Below, piece after piece: positions 18,845 through 28,134 of a stretch of 64,000 bases of DNA. Origin of the DNA: Candidatus Phycocordibacter aenigmaticus (GTDB taxonomy: Bacteria > Patescibacteriota > Minisyncoccia > Phycocordibacterales > Phycocordibacteraceae); contig CP174359.1 of the NCBI GenBank assembly GCA_045401115.1, forward strand, positions 547,247-611,246. The letters are read 5' to 3'. The translations under genes were made by a program, and so were the position numbers. How positions within the stretch are numbered: position 1 is the stretch's first letter; each line of letters opens with the position of its first letter. The notes under the pieces were generated by a model. It searched no databases and was not told the DNA's origin. It was given only the letters and a program-made list of their open reading frames with translations.

Positions 18845-18969
18845 GCAACTGCTCAGAATTGATGCAGTACGAGGCACTGAGGAACGAAAATCCGAGGCGT
18901 ACTTCATACGGTACGACGAGGGTTTGAGTGACGAGGGTAACGAAGTAATGCGCAATTCTGAGCAGTTGC
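18845..18969 (-). promoter_or_regulatory. large structured element: perfect 17-bp inverted repeat (GCAACTGCTCAGAATTG / CAATTCTGAGCAGTTGC) enclosing 91 nt with internal sub-hairpins
   Basis: Starts 4 nt after the greA stop; followed by a T-box-like GTGGTAC heptamer and then the terminator at 18789-18826; candidate leader or attenuator for lysS. Confidence 0.4.
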
Positions 18970-18972
18970 CGC

Positions 18973-19491
18973 CTATTTGATGTCTATGACTGTGTACTCC
19001 TGCATACCACTTGGAGTACTAAAACCAAACGTCTCGCCCTTTTTACGACCCATCAACGCTTCACCAAGCGGTGAAAGGTGAGATATCTTTTTATTACGCA
19101 TATCAGCCTCTTCAGAGCCAACAATGGTATATACGTGTTTTTCTTTATCCCCTTTTTTACAAATGCTCACTTCTGACCCAAAACTCACCACACCCTTTTT
19201 TTGTTTTGAAATAATAGTGGCAGATTTGATAATAGACTCAAGTCTGCGGATTCGCTCTTCAGTTGCTGCCTGTAGTTCTCGTGCAGCTTGGTATTCAGCA
19301 TTTTCAGAAAGGTCCCCTAATGAACGCGCGTACTCAAGACTTTCAGCGATCTCTTTTCGAGCAATGGTTGTAAGGTGTTCAAGTTCTGCTTTTAATTCAT
19401 CGAATTTTTCCTGAGTGAGCACATTATTCTCAGCAGGTTCATTTGACTGTGACTCAGAAATCTTTTTTTGTGGCATACGCTTTAAGGACAT
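18973..19491 (-). CDS. greA: transcription elongation factor GreA
   Basis: 172 aa; N-terminal coiled coil with conserved acidic tip; C-terminal FKBP-like domain. Confidence 0.88.
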   Translation of the reverse strand: MSLKRMPQKKISESQSNEPAENNVLTQEKFDELKAELEHLTTIARKEIAESLEYARSLGDLSENAEYQAARELQAATEERIRRLESIIKSATIISKQKKGVVSFGSEVSICKKGDKEKHVYTIVGSEEADMRNKKISHLSPLGEALMGRKKGETFGFSTPSGMQEYTVIDIK

Positions 19492-19513
19492 TCTATAGGT
19501 TCTTTTCGCTACG

Positions 19514-21190
19514 TCAATCCTGTATCATCTGTGGACGTTCAGTGATAATCCACTCTAATACATTACGCATCACTAACGGAGCACCAGAAGTAGTACCGGC
19601 GTCTGCTCGTTCCATGATAATAGCAAAAGCAAATTGCGGCTTTTCATAAGGGAAAAATCCAATAATCAACGAGTTAATAAATGCTTTTCCTTGACCAACT
19701 TCAGCTGTACCGGTTTTTCCGGCCACTGCAACATCTGGAAGTGCTAATGCCGCAGCGGTACCATCAGTAACCGCTTGCCGCATACCCTCATTTATTATAT
19801 GCAGGTTTTCAGGGGCAATATTTAATTGTTGACCATAGGTCGGTGTGTTTTTTTCAAGCGTTGGTTTCAGTAATATACCGCCATTCGCAAGAGCCGCAGT
19901 AGCACGAGCAAGTTGTAGCGCGGTTACTTGAAAACCGTATTGCCCGATAGAGGTATGATACGTATTACCAAGAAACCATCGCTCTCCATCAAATTGCTCC
20001 GCTTTCCAGTCCGGATCAGGCACTACTCCCCTCGCCTCACCGTCAAGATTAATCCCTGCGACTGCACCAAATCCAAATAAATTCATATAGTGTTGTATGG
20101 TGCTAATACCGAGACCCCGCTGATCTTCATAACCGCCACCGATAGCGTAAAAATACACGTCTGAAGACACCGCGAGCGCCTCGCGCATATCAACCCAACC
20201 ATGCGCTTTCCAGTCGCGAAAAATTGTTGGGAGCTCAGGGTTATACGGGTTAGGAATACTAATAGACCCCGTTGAAAGTATTTCCTTTTCAGGAGCAATT
20301 ATTTCTTCTTCAAGAGCAGCAAGAGCAACGAACGGTTTCACTACTGACCCAGGTGCATACACACCGGCGATTGCACGGTCAAGAAATGGAGCTCGTGTAT
20401 CCGATACGTATTGCGACACCGTTTCTGAATCACTTCCATCAGCAAGTACATTAGGGTCAAATGATGGATAGCTGGCAAGTGCGTGAATTTCACCTGTATG
20501 CACATTCATAATAACGCCGGAACCACCGTTAAAAGATGAGTTATCTGCGCGTTCTTTTATCGCATTAAAAAGTTCCTTCTGAAGTTCTGCATCAATAGCG
20601 ACAACTATCTCTTCCCCGTCACGCGGCACTTGAATAATACTTCCTGAAATCACTTCACCGGTCGCACTTGTTTCTTTCAACTCAAACCCATTATCACCAC
20701 CAAGACGGTCTTGCCATCTTGATTCCAGTCCAGAGAGCCCATTAACTGTTTCTTGAAACCAAAACCCGTTTGAGTCACGTTTAGGATAGGATACATATCC
20801 AACGATGTGCGCCGCTGCTTCACCAAGTGGGTAAAAACGTTTTGAAAAACCAGATTCTGGCTGCGAATTATTAAGCGCCAATGAATCACCATAACGATCA
20901 ACAATACGGCCACGTTCAGCAATGATTAATGTTTGGTTTAGTCGATTCGCTTCGGCGCGCTCTTTAAGTGTTGCAGCATCCAATACTTGTAGTTTTAAAA
21001 GTTGTCCCAAAAACACTAGACCAATCAGAAGTGCTAAAATCAGAAAAATGCGATATGCGCGACGTTCAATCGGACGTTCAATACGACCTTCAAGGCGATT
21101 TGCATCAAATCCTGGCAGATTTTGTGCATCAATAAGAATCTCATCAGGATCAATGGTTTCGTAACGTTTTTTTCTTCGAATACGAGACAT
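19514..21190 (-). CDS. mrdA: penicillin-binding protein 2 (elongasome transpeptidase)
   Basis: 558 aa; N-terminal TM; SxxK (GSVVKP), SxD/N, KTGT motifs; immediately downstream of mreBCD. Confidence 0.85.
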   Translation of the reverse strand: MSRIRRKKRYETIDPDEILIDAQNLPGFDANRLEGRIERPIERRAYRIFLILALLIGLVFLGQLLKLQVLDAATLKERAEANRLNQTLIIAERGRIVDRYGDSLALNNSQPESGFSKRFYPLGEAAAHIVGYVSYPKRDSNGFWFQETVNGLSGLESRWQDRLGGDNGFELKETSATGEVISGSIIQVPRDGEEIVVAIDAELQKELFNAIKERADNSSFNGGSGVIMNVHTGEIHALASYPSFDPNVLADGSDSETVSQYVSDTRAPFLDRAIAGVYAPGSVVKPFVALAALEEEIIAPEKEILSTGSISIPNPYNPELPTIFRDWKAHGWVDMREALAVSSDVYFYAIGGGYEDQRGLGISTIQHYMNLFGFGAVAGINLDGEARGVVPDPDWKAEQFDGERWFLGNTYHTSIGQYGFQVTALQLARATAALANGGILLKPTLEKNTPTYGQQLNIAPENLHIINEGMRQAVTDGTAAALALPDVAVAGKTGTAEVGQGKAFINSLIIGFFPYEKPQFAFAIIMERADAGTTSGAPLVMRNVLEWIITERPQMIQD

Positions 21191-21207
21191 ATTCCTCTTA
21201 TTGTACG

Positions 21208-21465
21208 CTATTCCACAATACTTTTTTGCAGGGCTATACGAATAATAATAAGTATGATGAAAATACCAGTATACAGATACGCAAATCCACCAAACATATG
21301 TATTGGTGCGCTATGGAGCACATCAAGCAATAACCCACCAATAAGAACTGAGGGCACAGCATCAAAATATGCAATCAAAAGAATACCGAGTGCAATTGAA
21401 ACCCACCATGGTGCCAAAGCGATAATACTTGCGATAAAAACAGTGATGCAGAGTGCGCGAATCAT
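21208..21465 (-). CDS. mreD: rod shape-determining protein MreD-like
   Basis: 85-aa polytopic membrane protein in the canonical position between mreC and mrdA; 4-nt overlap with mreC. Confidence 0.5.
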   Translation of the reverse strand: MIRALCITVFIASIIALAPWWVSIALGILLIAYFDAVPSVLIGGLLLDVLHSAPIHMFGGFAYLYTGIFIILIIIRIALQKSIVE

Positions 21466-22256
21466 AAAGCATCAGGAAGTTGTGGTGCCGGTTCAAGAAA
21501 ATGTATAAAACGGATGTCAGAAAGTGGCGCCGGTAAATGTGCGTAGACACGTTTCGTAGTGCGATCAGGGTCTTCACTAATGGTACTTACCACACCGAAT
21601 GTATGCGTGCCATAACGCGCGCTGATAAGGACATCCCCTGGTTCAAGTGCTACGTCATCTGAGACATCGAACACATACGAACCACCACCGAGTCCATGAA
21701 TCACAACAATTGCGCTTGGCTCACCAACACGAACATCGTTCGTCACGCCAGGTGCACTGAAAAGTTGCACCACTGCAGCTGCACTGTTGGTACGTAATAC
21801 TTCACCAAGTACTGCGCCCTCAAATACTGCGATGTCTCCACGAGATACCGAATGTCCTTCAGTAAGTGATACGAGTAATGTATCGTAATGTGTGCGCGGT
21901 GGACGACTAATGACACGTCCAATGCCTGTTTCTCGTGCTTCACGTAACCCGAGTTCTTTCTTGAGCTGTTGATTTTCTTCTTGCAATGTTTCAAGCATAA
22001 CTGACTGAAATGCAACACGAGAGAGTTTTTCTTCTGCGTCAGCAAGACGTTCAGCAAGTACTGGGCGCGGTATATTATTATAAAGTTCAGTTGGATTTAC
22101 AGAAAAAACACTTACTGCTGAGCCCGCAACGCGAAAGAGTGTTCCTGAAAGAGTAATACCAACACCGACCAAAATGACCACCAATAATCCAAAGATTAGT
22201 GGCAGTGCCCGACGACGTGTATTTTTATTTAAGCGGGAGCGCATGGTCATCATCAC
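21462..22256 (-). CDS. mreC: rod shape-determining protein MreC
   Basis: 264 aa; N-terminal TM, coiled coil, C-terminal beta-rich MreC domain. Confidence 0.85.
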   Translation of the reverse strand: MMMTMRSRLNKNTRRRALPLIFGLLVVILVGVGITLSGTLFRVAGSAVSVFSVNPTELYNNIPRPVLAERLADAEEKLSRVAFQSVMLETLQEENQQLKKELGLREARETGIGRVISRPPRTHYDTLLVSLTEGHSVSRGDIAVFEGAVLGEVLRTNSAAAVVQLFSAPGVTNDVRVGEPSAIVVIHGLGGGSYVFDVSDDVALEPGDVLISARYGTHTFGVVSTISEDPDRTTKRVYAHLPAPLSDIRFIHFLEPAPQLPDAL

Positions 22257-23289
22257 TTAAAAGTACAGCTCGATATTTTTCAATATCTTCAAGAACCATT
22301 CCTGTGCCACGTGCGACAGTAGTAAGTGGGTCATCAACTACATGAATTGGCACTTTAAGTTCTTCAGCAAAAAGCTTAGGGACACCGCGGAGCAATGCGC
22401 CGCCACCAGTCATATAGATACCGCTTCGCATGACATCTGACACTACTTCAGGTGGTGCAGATTCAATAACTTCTTTAACTGCTTCAATTATTGATGCAAT
22501 AGAACCAGCGATCGCTTCACGAACATCAGCATCAGTTACGACGATTTCACGAGGAAGTCCGGTAACCAAATCCCTCCCGCGGATAGTTGTCTGTAAGGGT
22601 TCTTCTTGTTTTAATACAGCACCGACGGCGAGTTTAACGTCCTCGGCTGTTTTCTCTCCTACTAAAATTTTAAATTCATTACGAATATAACTTGAAATAT
22701 CTTGGTTAAGAGTATCGCCAGCAATGCGTACATTTTTTGAGCGCACAATACCACCCAACGAAATAAGTGCCACATCTGTGTTACCGCCGCCGATATCAAT
22801 AATCATCGTGCCAACCGGATCATGCACTGGAAGACGTGCGCCTACTGCTGCCGCCATTGGTTCTTCAAGAATATGTACCTTACGCGCACCAGCATTCTTT
22901 GCCGCATCGCGCACCGCGCGAATTTCAACATTGGTTATACCACTAGGCACACCGACCACCACTTCAGGACCAAGCAGTGGTTTGTTTGGTTCCTGTGCTT
23001 TCTGAATTAGATACACCAACATTTCTTCGGTCACTTCAAAGTCTGAAATCACACCCTCGACCAACGGGCGGACCGCAGTAATATGACTTGGTGTACGGCC
23101 AAGCATTGCCTTAGCTTCTTGCCCAACTGCAACCACTTGTCCTGTTTTTTGGTTAACCGCCACTACTGACGGCTCACTAAGAATTACCCCCTTACCGCGC
23201 ACATATACCAACGTGTTAGCAGTTCCAAGGTCAATACCAATTGAACGAGAAAAACGATCAATTATTTTTTTAGGGATAAAAAAGTCCAT
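22225..23289 (-). CDS. mreB: rod shape-determining protein MreB (actin homolog)
   Basis: 354 aa; phosphate-1 IGIDLGTANTLVY, phosphate-2 DIGGGNTD, adenosine motif GIYMTGGGALL. Confidence 0.9.
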   Translation of the reverse strand: MDFFIPKKIIDRFSRSIGIDLGTANTLVYVRGKGVILSEPSVVAVNQKTGQVVAVGQEAKAMLGRTPSHITAVRPLVEGVISDFEVTEEMLVYLIQKAQEPNKPLLGPEVVVGVPSGITNVEIRAVRDAAKNAGARKVHILEEPMAAAVGARLPVHDPVGTMIIDIGGGNTDVALISLGGIVRSKNVRIAGDTLNQDISSYIRNEFKILVGEKTAEDVKLAVGAVLKQEEPLQTTIRGRDLVTGLPREIVVTDADVREAIAGSIASIIEAVKEVIESAPPEVVSDVMRSGIYMTGGGALLRGVPKLFAEELKVPIHVVDDPLTTVARGTGMVLEDIEKYRAVLLSDDDHALPLK

Positions 23290-23300
23290 ACAATAGCATA

Positions 23301-24569
23301 TTAGCGACGCAGTAACTCGTCACGTGACATCATAAGTGTTTCGCCTGTTGCGCGCCTGACTACTTCAAGCATATCGGGCGTGCTCTTTTTACCATATACA
23401 ATACGATACGGAATACCGAGTAATTCGCTGTCGGTAAATTTCTCACCGGCGCTTACAGAGCGGTCATCATATAACACATCAATACCATGAGAGATCAATG
23501 CCTCATAGAGTGAATCAGCTTCGTCGCGTGCACTTTCATCATCACTTAATACCACTAAATGATACGTAAACGGAGCGACACTTTCAGGCCACACCAATCC
23601 CTTTTCATCAGCACATTTCTCAGCAAGCACCCCCATAAGACGAGTGATACCGATACCATAAGAACCCATCCACACCGGAGTAATCTCACCTTTCTCGTTT
23701 TTAAAGGTAAGGTCGAGTTGTTCAGATTTTTTCGTACCGAAATTAAAAATGTTTCCCACCTCAGCCGTCGCTACCTCTTCAAGAGAATCACGAGTAATAC
23801 CAAGTTCAGTTAAAGTCTCATCTGTAAGAACTTCTTCATTTATCGCAATATTCTTCTCGCGGTTTATATAGATGATATCTTCACCAGCCTCAGTGATGGT
23901 CTGAAACTCATGACTAAATTCAGTAAATGCACCACCTGAGGCAAAAGTGACATACGTATCACCGCCAACACCAACACGATCAAAAATTCGTTTATATGCT
24001 TCGATAGTCTTGTTATAAAACTGTCGATGACTTTCCTCGTCTACATCAAACGAGTACATATCATTCATAATAAATTCCCTGCCGCGCATAATGCCACTCT
24101 TGGCGCGCAACTCATTGCGAAGCTTGTTTTGAAACTGGTGTACGTTAACTGGTAAATCACGAAAACTATGCACGTGGTCGCGCAACATGGCAGCAATAGG
24201 TTCTTCATGCGACCACCCAAAACCAACCTCACCACCGGCGTGCAGTTCCGATTTAAACCATACATCCACATTTTCATCACTCCATCGATCAGTTTGTTCC
24301 CATAATTCTTTACGCTGCAACGTGGTCATACGGATTTCTTGAGCGCCAAGGGCGTTTAACTCTTCACGCACAATATGCTGTATTTTTTCAATCACACGGA
24401 GTCCTAGCGGAAGGAGCGCATACACCCCGGCAAGTTCTTTATGAATATACCCAGCACGAATTAACAGTTGAGCATTTTTTGAAATTTCACCTTTCGGCGC
24501 TTCACGACGGGTTTTTGTAAAAAGTTCTGACTGGCGCATTCCGTGAGTAGTGTGTGTATGTGTGTTCAT
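23301..24569 (-). CDS. proS: proline--tRNA ligase (short form lacking the bacterial INS editing domain)
   Basis: 422 aa; class II core plus anticodon-binding domain; MRQSELFTKTRREAPKGE resembles the ProRS N-terminus; true start may be the internal Met at 24539. Confidence 0.85.
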   Translation of the reverse strand: MNTHTHTTHGMRQSELFTKTRREAPKGEISKNAQLLIRAGYIHKELAGVYALLPLGLRVIEKIQHIVREELNALGAQEIRMTTLQRKELWEQTDRWSDENVDVWFKSELHAGGEVGFGWSHEEPIAAMLRDHVHSFRDLPVNVHQFQNKLRNELRAKSGIMRGREFIMNDMYSFDVDEESHRQFYNKTIEAYKRIFDRVGVGGDTYVTFASGGAFTEFSHEFQTITEAGEDIIYINREKNIAINEEVLTDETLTELGITRDSLEEVATAEVGNIFNFGTKKSEQLDLTFKNEKGEITPVWMGSYGIGITRLMGVLAEKCADEKGLVWPESVAPFTYHLVVLSDDESARDEADSLYEALISHGIDVLYDDRSVSAGEKFTDSELLGIPYRIVYGKKSTPDMLEVVRRATGETLMMSRDELLRR

Positions 24570-24630
24570 AAACGTAATATCGCTATTGTACCGCGTATAC
24601 CAACTTTTAGCATTATGGATTTTTACCCTT

Positions 24631-24657
24631 TTGAATAAAGGGTAAAACGTCCTACTT
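24631..24657. terminator. palindromic hairpin (TTTTACCCTT-TTGAATA-AAGGGTAAAA)
   Basis: Perfect 10-bp stem between rseP and proS; flanking tracts only weakly T-rich. Confidence 0.45.
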
Positions 24658-24700
24658 CGACAAAAGAAATGGCATTAACTGCGACCCTCTTATCAGTACA

Positions 24701-25792
24701 CTAGCCAATCAGACGGGATATATCACCCACTGTGACCGCAACCATAAGTAAGATAAGAATAAGGAATCCGATTGTATTTACTATCTGAGAAATTTTATTA
24801 GGAACAGGGCGACGAGTTATGCTTTCAATGGCAACAAACACAAGTCTCCCGCCATCAAGTGCTGGGAATGGGAGTAGATTAATAATGGCAAGATTCACCG
24901 AAAGCAGCGCTGCAAATGAAAGTAGTGACCCAAAACCAAACGCTGCGGCGTCTCCAGTGAGCGACGCGATACCCACCGGACCAGCAAGATTAGATACATC
25001 AGCAGAAAACGTTATTGCACCCGCAATTAAACCAACCAAAGAAACTAATACAAAAACAAAATCACGTGCTGTATCCACAATTCCTTGCCAGAGCGCTTCA
25101 TGAAGCGGATATGAAACTGTACCAACCTGTGCCGTAGCAATACCCACACCATAACGTTCTGGCTCACCATCAATAACCCCTTGTTGAGGAATTACTGAAA
25201 CCATCTGTTCTTCCCCTGATCGACGTATCGTAAAAACAACAGCACTGTCGAGCGCAGCGCTGATGTGTTCGGTGACTGTTTGAGGATCTGTAATAGACGT
25301 TACATTATCCTTTTCACCAACTGCCACAATACGATCCCCAGACATCAGTCCTGCTTCAGCAGCGGGACTTTCAGGAGACACTTGTACGACTACTACTGAT
25401 ACGTCACGTGCATGTTCTTTATTAACCTCACTGTCAATCAATGCAGGAGTGCCCACCATAAACGCAACACTTGAAAGCACAAAAGCAATGACAATGTTTG
25501 CGAACGGACCGGCAAAAAGTACTGCCGCTTGATGGAGCGCCGGACGGCTCGCAAATGCGCGAGGGTCTTTCTTTTCACTACTGTCTTCACCGAAAATTTT
25601 GACAAAACCACCAAACGGTAACCAGTTCACGGTATATTCAGTTTCTCCTATTTTTTTCCCAAAAATCTTTGGAGGAAATCCAACTCCAAACTCGTCCACG
25701 CGCATACCGCTTTTTTTGGCTACCAAAAAATGTCCAAGCTCATGCCCGACAATAAGGAGAAGTAAAATGCCTATAAAAAGTAGTATGGTCAT
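24701..25792 (-). CDS. rseP: RIP zinc metalloprotease RseP (site-2 protease, M50)
   Basis: 363 aa; HEXXH (HELGHF) in the first TM region; PDZ domain; LDGG motif in the C-terminal TM region. Confidence 0.85.
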   Translation of the reverse strand: MTILLFIGILLLLIVGHELGHFLVAKKSGMRVDEFGVGFPPKIFGKKIGETEYTVNWLPFGGFVKIFGEDSSEKKDPRAFASRPALHQAAVLFAGPFANIVIAFVLSSVAFMVGTPALIDSEVNKEHARDVSVVVVQVSPESPAAEAGLMSGDRIVAVGEKDNVTSITDPQTVTEHISAALDSAVVFTIRRSGEEQMVSVIPQQGVIDGEPERYGVGIATAQVGTVSYPLHEALWQGIVDTARDFVFVLVSLVGLIAGAITFSADVSNLAGPVGIASLTGDAAAFGFGSLLSFAALLSVNLAIINLLPFPALDGGRLVFVAIESITRRPVPNKISQIVNTIGFLILILLMVAVTVGDISRLIG

Positions 25793-25812
25793 GGATATTA
25801 GAGAAAAGACGA

Positions 25813-26364
25813 TTAGCCTTTTAGTTCAGTTTCTTTTTTCTCAGCAATTTTTTCAAGTTCTTTGTTGCCCTCATCTACTAATTTCTGCGCTTCTTCTTTT
25901 GCGTCATGCGCCTCGTCTTCTGAAAGTTCATTATTTTTTTGTGATTTATCAATAACGCTCATCGTTTCAGTACGCTTCTGTTTAATCGCAATACGCGCTT
26001 CCTCTAGCTTACTCTTAAGAACTTTAATAAGCTGTTCGCGACGCTCAGTAGTTAGTTCAGGAAATGATACACGTACTCCCCTTTCATCAGCGCCTGCCGT
26101 AACACCAAGGTCAGCAACTGCAATTGCTTTTTCAATTGGTTTGACTTGTTCAGTGTCCCACGGAGTCACATACAACGTGCGCGCATCTTCAACAGAAACA
26201 GATGCCACCTGATTCAATTTCATGCGGCTTCCGTATACATCAATTGATACCGCATCAAGTAATGCGGGAGTTGCCCTACCGGTACGAAGCGTTGAAAGCT
26301 CCTGAGTAAGCCATGTTTTAGTATCAGAGATACCGTCTTTTAATTCATCGAATTTATATGCCAT
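25813..26364 (-). CDS. frr: ribosome recycling factor
   Basis: About 184 aa from the internal Met MAYKFDE...; RRF signature segments (LRTGRATPALLD, VSFPELTTERREQL); the ORF-track start at 26415 is likely too far upstream. Confidence 0.85.
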   Translation of the reverse strand: MAYKFDELKDGISDTKTWLTQELSTLRTGRATPALLDAVSIDVYGSRMKLNQVASVSVEDARTLYVTPWDTEQVKPIEKAIAVADLGVTAGADERGVRVSFPELTTERREQLIKVLKSKLEEARIAIKQKRTETMSVIDKSQKNNELSEDEAHDAKEEAQKLVDEGNKELEKIAEKKETELKG

Positions 26365-26389
26365 ATAGGCGTAGTATAAAGGATAATTG

Positions 26390-27055
26390 CTAGAGTACCA
26401 ATGCGAGATGTCCAATAACTCCTTTTGGCGATGAACCGGTTAACTGAAGGTATTGATCTGCATTAAGTAAGTCGCGCATACGCGACGCATCAAACTGTTT
26501 TGTATGAGCCAGCACGAGCAGCGAACGTACTAACGCTCGCGCACCCTCACGGTCTTGTTTTTTACCAAACGCCTCGGCTTGTGCGATACGTTCACCATAC
26601 GAAAGATTTAAAAAAGTTTCGCCGATATCACTTGAGTAGGTGTCATTACCTTGAAGTGTAATACATCGTGATGCAAGCGTCGGCACTATACCAACACCAG
26701 GCGGCACTATAAAGAAAAAGACTGAGTTACCAATCCCCTCCTCAACTGCCTTAAGGAGTGCATTCTGTGCACCAGTTGTAATGGTCTGCGCGTGGATAAC
26801 AATATATTTATTCTCACCCACCGGACGTAATTGTGTGAATTGCATGACTGATCGCGCAGCGTCAATATCAAACTGCTCTTCATGACGCATCATACAGTCG
26901 GGATTTCCAGTAAACACGATTCCCCGTTCTTTCAGAGCGTGCTGAACCATGTCTCCCGCTGTTACATCACCTCGTATCAAATACGCATGAGAAAGTGAGG
27001 TAGCGTTTTTAATATGATTACGTGCGTCAGAGAGTGATGTTTCCCGATCAGGCAT
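26390..27055 (-). CDS. holB: DNA polymerase III delta-prime subunit-like AAA+ protein (HolB-like, short)
   Basis: 221 aa; degenerate P-loop region HAYLIRGD; sensor-1-like IVIHAQTIT; AQNALLKAVEEG clamp-loader motif. Confidence 0.65.
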   Translation of the reverse strand: MPDRETSLSDARNHIKNATSLSHAYLIRGDVTAGDMVQHALKERGIVFTGNPDCMMRHEEQFDIDAARSVMQFTQLRPVGENKYIVIHAQTITTGAQNALLKAVEEGIGNSVFFFIVPPGVGIVPTLASRCITLQGNDTYSSDIGETFLNLSYGERIAQAEAFGKKQDREGARALVRSLLVLAHTKQFDASRMRDLLNADQYLQLTGSSPKGVIGHLALVL

Positions 27056-27069
27056 GGTGTATTAAAGGG

Positions 27070-28080
27070 TTATTTACTCGTCATAGTTTTCTTATAGGTA
27101 TTGAGATGATTCAAGGTAACACCTGTACCTTTCACCACACAAAATGCGGCTTCGTCAGCAAGGGTTGCTTGCACGCCCGTTCGACGAAACACCAACTCAG
27201 GCAGATGACGTAACTGACTCGTTCCACCGGTCATAATAATGCCCTGATCAATAATGTCAGCAGCAAGCTCAGGTGGTGTCTCTTGTAGTGCATTACGTAT
27301 TGCCTTCATCATCTCTCGTAATTCACGAGAGATGGCGCGTACAATTTCATTTGTACCGATATCTGCAGTACGTGGTAAACCAGAAAGAATATCTCTTCCT
27401 TTAATCGTCATAGTAAGTTCCTCTTCGAGAGGCACTGCTGATCCAATTTGGATTTTAATATCTTCAGCCGTTTTATCACCAATAGCAAGGTTATAGGTTT
27501 TTTTAATATAATCAGCAATCGCTACATCAATACGGTTTCCTGCACATTTCACACTCGTTGACGCTACAATACCTCCAAGCGAAATAACAGCAGAATCGGT
27601 CGTACCACCACCAATATCAACAATCATGTGTCCACGTGGTTCATGAATGGGAATACCTGCGCCAATAGCAGCGAGGATGGGTTCTTTAATAACAAAAGCA
27701 TTCTTTGCGCCACCACGCAGCGCTGCTTCAACAACTGCGCGACGTTCTGTTGACGTGACGCCTGCCGGCACCGAAACAATGACATCAGGTTTAAAAAGAT
27801 TCCACCGACCAAGTGCTTTTTTTATATAGTATCTGAGCATTGCTTCAGTAACGCGATAATCAGCAATAACACCGTCTTTCATGGGGCGGTACGCAATAAT
27901 AGACTCCGGTGTACGACCGATCATCTCTTTGGCTTCAGAACCGATTGCAAGAATAGAATTGTCGTTCTGTGATACCGCAACCACTGATGGCTCATTTAAT
28001 ACCACACCCTGACCTGGGACATACACTAATGTCGTAGTAGTACCAAGATCAATACCGAGTGCCGGAGAGAAAAATGACAT
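27070..28080 (-). CDS. second MreB/Mbl-like actin homolog
   Basis: About 336 aa from MSFFSPALGIDLGTTTT; all actin-fold motifs present (DIGGGTTD, GIIMTGGTSQL). Confidence 0.8.
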   Translation of the reverse strand: MSFFSPALGIDLGTTTTLVYVPGQGVVLNEPSVVAVSQNDNSILAIGSEAKEMIGRTPESIIAYRPMKDGVIADYRVTEAMLRYYIKKALGRWNLFKPDVIVSVPAGVTSTERRAVVEAALRGGAKNAFVIKEPILAAIGAGIPIHEPRGHMIVDIGGGTTDSAVISLGGIVASTSVKCAGNRIDVAIADYIKKTYNLAIGDKTAEDIKIQIGSAVPLEEELTMTIKGRDILSGLPRTADIGTNEIVRAISRELREMMKAIRNALQETPPELAADIIDQGIIMTGGTSQLRHLPELVFRRTGVQATLADEAAFCVVKGTGVTLNHLNTYKKTMTSK

Positions 28081-28134
28081 ATAAAGACAGTATAGCAAGC
28101 CGCAGGCTCAGGCTCCTAATTTCTACAAATAGGA

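Noticed and set aside
18845-18969. Calling the greA-lysS leader a definite T-box riboswitch
   Set aside because: Only a 7-nt match (GTGGTAC) to the T-box core, and I could not identify the specifier loop, K-turn or AG-bulge features by eye. Kept as a hypothesis, not a feature call.
22430-23010. Plus-strand ORFs antisense to mreB; similar antisense ORFs inside hsdR, the OLD-like gene, PBP genes, lysS and others
   Set aside because: Shadow ORFs inside strongly supported genes; compositionally biased.
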